A stretch of 25,889 nt of DNA from a virus. Its lineage: Duplodnaviria > Caudoviricetes. Each line of letters opens with the position of its first letter. The stretch's first letter is position 1. Below are positions 25,143 through 25,889 of the stretch, one piece after another. Where the stretch lies: positions 1 to 25,889 of IMG/VR virus record IMGVR_UViG_3300046779_001009; one strand, written 5' to 3'. The position numbers and the translations under genes are program-made. Under the pieces are notes generated by a model. It was not told where the DNA came from. It worked only from the letters and a program-made list of their open reading frames with translations, and ran no database searches.

Positions 25143-25889
25143 AGCTAGTTGTTGTAGCGCCTGGTAATTTTGCACCATCGGGAGGACCGGAAGCTTTACA
25201 TCAGTTAGTACACATGGCTAATGTAGTTGAACCAGGAAGCTGTGGCATATTATATGAACCTTCAGATTTTTTACAGCAGTCCATAGAACCATATTTAAAA
25301 TATAATTGTCCCATAATAAGAAAAGAAGATTTACCTTCCAACGCTTTAGTTGTTCTACCCGAGATATGGCCAGAGTTATCTAATAATTTTTCCAATAAAT
25401 GTGCACTGTGGTGGTTGTCGGTTGATTTTTTTGGCACACAGGGTCATTCTAAAATTAATGGAATAGATTATCATCTAGCCCAGTCGCACTACGCTTATGA
25501 GCATGTTTCATCACTCACAAAACAAAAGCCATTAATGTTGAGCGATTGGATTGATATAGATATAAAAGAATCAAGTAATTCTAATAATACAATTTGTGTA
25601 AATCCAGCCAAAGGCGCTGATTTAATGGAATTATTTGAGTCAAAAAATCCTGATCTTTCTTTTATTAAACTAAGATCGATGACTAAGGTTGATGTTATAA
25701 ATTATTTATTATCTTCAAAAATTTATATAGATTTTGGACATCATCCAGGTAAGGATAGAATACCAAGAGAAGCTAGCTTATGTGGCTGTGTTGTTTTAGT
25801 TAAGAACTCTGGCGCAGCAAAATACTATGAAGATGTCTCTATAGATAACTATTACAAGTTTGATGATCTAGAAGAGTTGAATATAAAAG
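25139..25889 (+). CDS. GT-B fold glycosyltransferase, truncated by the window end
   Basis: Not in the ORF track (no stop in the window); MKLVVVAPGNFAPSGGPEALHQL...WWLSVD...NPAKG...YIDFGHHPGKDRIPREA..CGC. Confidence 0.8.
   Translation, partial: MKLVVVAPGNFAPSGGPEALHQLVHMANVVEPGSCGILYEPSDFLQQSIEPYLKYNCPIIRKEDLPSNALVVLPEIWPELSNNFSNKCALWWLSVDFFGTQGHSKINGIDYHLAQSHYAYEHVSSLTKQKPLMLSDWIDIDIKESSNSNNTICVNPAKGADLMELFESKNPDLSFIKLRSMTKVDVINYLLSSKIYIDFGHHPGKDRIPREASLCGCVVLVKNSGAAKYYEDVSIDNYYKFDDLEELNIK

Noticed and set aside
4824-25437. Minus-strand ORFs in the track other than 17823..18005
   Set aside because: They lie antisense to well-supported + strand genes or across a terminator and show no recognisable motifs; treated as shadow ORFs.
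1-25889. Stop-codon reassignment (TAG or TGA)
   Set aside because: TAA, TAG and TGA all end genes at tight junctions; the breaks are frame changes, not in-frame stops.
1-25889. tRNA genes (including a quadruplet-decoding tRNA), CRISPR array or other structured ncRNA
   Set aside because: Intergenic gaps are short and I saw no cloverleaf or repeat-spacer pattern; any such tRNA would have to lie outside this window.

Overview
AT-rich, densely packed, almost entirely + strand segment of a large tailed dsDNA phage genome; an actinobacterial host is inferred from the gene families and is not proven. Left to right: nucleotide metabolism (class II RNR, ThyX, dCMP deaminase, NDT-like protein) interleaved with glycosyltransferases, a thermonuclease and a pyrimidine-dimer glycosylase; a replication block (DnaB-like helicase, RecB/Cas4-like proteins, HD protein, AEP primase, DnaE); an endonuclease, a sigma-like factor, RNase HI and dNMP kinase; a run of very small Lys-rich proteins; and more glycosyltransferases. 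Main observation: DnaE, the sigma-like gene (twice), a small basic-protein gene and probably the RecB-like nuclease all change frame by +1 at the same in-frame tetranucleotide, CGGA (13421, 17727, 18736, 18950, 22605). Reading CGGA as one Gly restores the proteins. By manual scan these are the only in-frame CGG-A sites in the window. This points to a recurrent CGGA quadruplet/+1 recoding system, but a motif-linked sequencing or assembly error cannot be excluded from the sequence alone.
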